Both the position numbers and the translations under genes were made by a program. A stretch of DNA of 63,526 nucleotides, filler included, from Octopus bimaculoides (taxonomy: Eukaryota), in the NCBI RefSeq assembly GCF_001194135.2. It is 6 parts of 6 records of this genome, joined end to end, with 100 filler letters (N's around TTAATTAATTAA, not from the genome) between each part and the next. Parts side by side here need not be neighbours in the genome. Positions count along the whole stretch, not along the records: positions 54,769 to 63,526 come from NC_069010.1; 5 more parts are not named here. One strand, 5' to 3'. Positions 62,741-63,526 of the stretch are shown piece after piece. The number at the start of each line of letters is the position of its first letter. Position 1 is the first letter of the stretch. The notes under the pieces were generated by a model. That model was not told where the DNA came from. It did no database searches and saw only the letters and a program-made list of their open reading frames with translations.

Positions 62741-63526
62741 CATGAAATGCACATACATCATATATATATATATGTATGTGTGTGTATGAATACCTATCTC
62801 TCTATATCTATATATACTTATAAATGTATGGATATTTATTTATATATACACAGACACATGCACAGGTTGTATGTATAACAAAGTGAAAAAGAAATAAAAC
62901 CCAAGGAAAATAGAGACAGTGGGTTCAGACGCCGTCTCCTGATTCATTCAAAATGTACCATCTTCTTTTCTTCACAGAGTGCTGAATGCATTTCCATCAC
63001 AATGTGAACTTTCCATCCAAAAAACAACCATTTAGGTAACATTATGTTATACATTCTGTCTCAAGGCAGTCTCTCGCCTTCAAATACATAATAGCTTTTC
63101 AGATATTTCATCTCCTTTTCATATCTGCTCGAGTTGAATCCATTTACATCTGATTCAGTTCAACAAGATCCACAATGGGGCATTATGGGCACCAATCTAC
63201 GCCAAGTAGGGTTCAGTATGGTCAACATTGGCGAAGCTGTGTCCAGTAATGTCCATGATGATCTATTTTAGGTCCACAGTTTATTTTTGATATGACATGT
63301 TTTAAAATACACATAGTATAGTTTTGTGATTTTAAAAAATTTGAAAAAATTATCAATGTATTTTCTGTTACACATCAGGGAAATCACTAAGTTTTCTATA
63401 TATTCACATGTTAAACACTATATATATATATATGCATTTTAGTATATATATATATATACATATAGACATACATATTTGTATGCATACATATATGTACATA
63501 TATATATATGTGTGTATGTATATATA

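Noticed and set aside
62978-63035. Possible 58-bp exon (pyrimidine tract-CAG ... AG/GTAACA)
   Set aside because: Stops in all three frames and no partner exon; similar signal at 11952 rejected for the same reason.

Overview
Repeat-dominated, AT-rich animal genomic window from a gapped short-read draft assembly. The SINE, LINE and microsatellite make-up looks like an octopus/cephalopod genome; that is inferred from pattern recall, not from a database search. No intact host protein-coding gene can be supported, and the long ORFs in the track come from low-complexity sequence or N runs. Contents: (1) an 8.3-kb CpG-saturated cryptic tetranucleotide satellite with about 1.2-1.8 kb higher-order units that flip orientation across a gap; (2) many decayed retroelements (CR1/L2-group, RTE, I/Jockey-group, R4/Dong-type RLE LINEs, Penelope-like GIY-YIG and RT remnants, two solo LTRs with 5-bp TSDs); (3) Tc1/mariner, maT-like and pogo/Tigger fragments and two MITEs; (4) at least four tRNA-headed SINE families. 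The main discovery is eight recognisable type-I hammerhead-ribozyme motifs, plus one half motif, in about five sequence families. One family is a tRNA-headed SINE carrying a Penelope-style minimal hammerhead (three copies), which suggests a Pol III, ribozyme-bearing SINE mobilised by Penelope-like elements. Folds were done by eye and activity is untested. Assembly artefacts (TTAATTAATTAA gap linkers, Illumina adapter remnants) are flagged.
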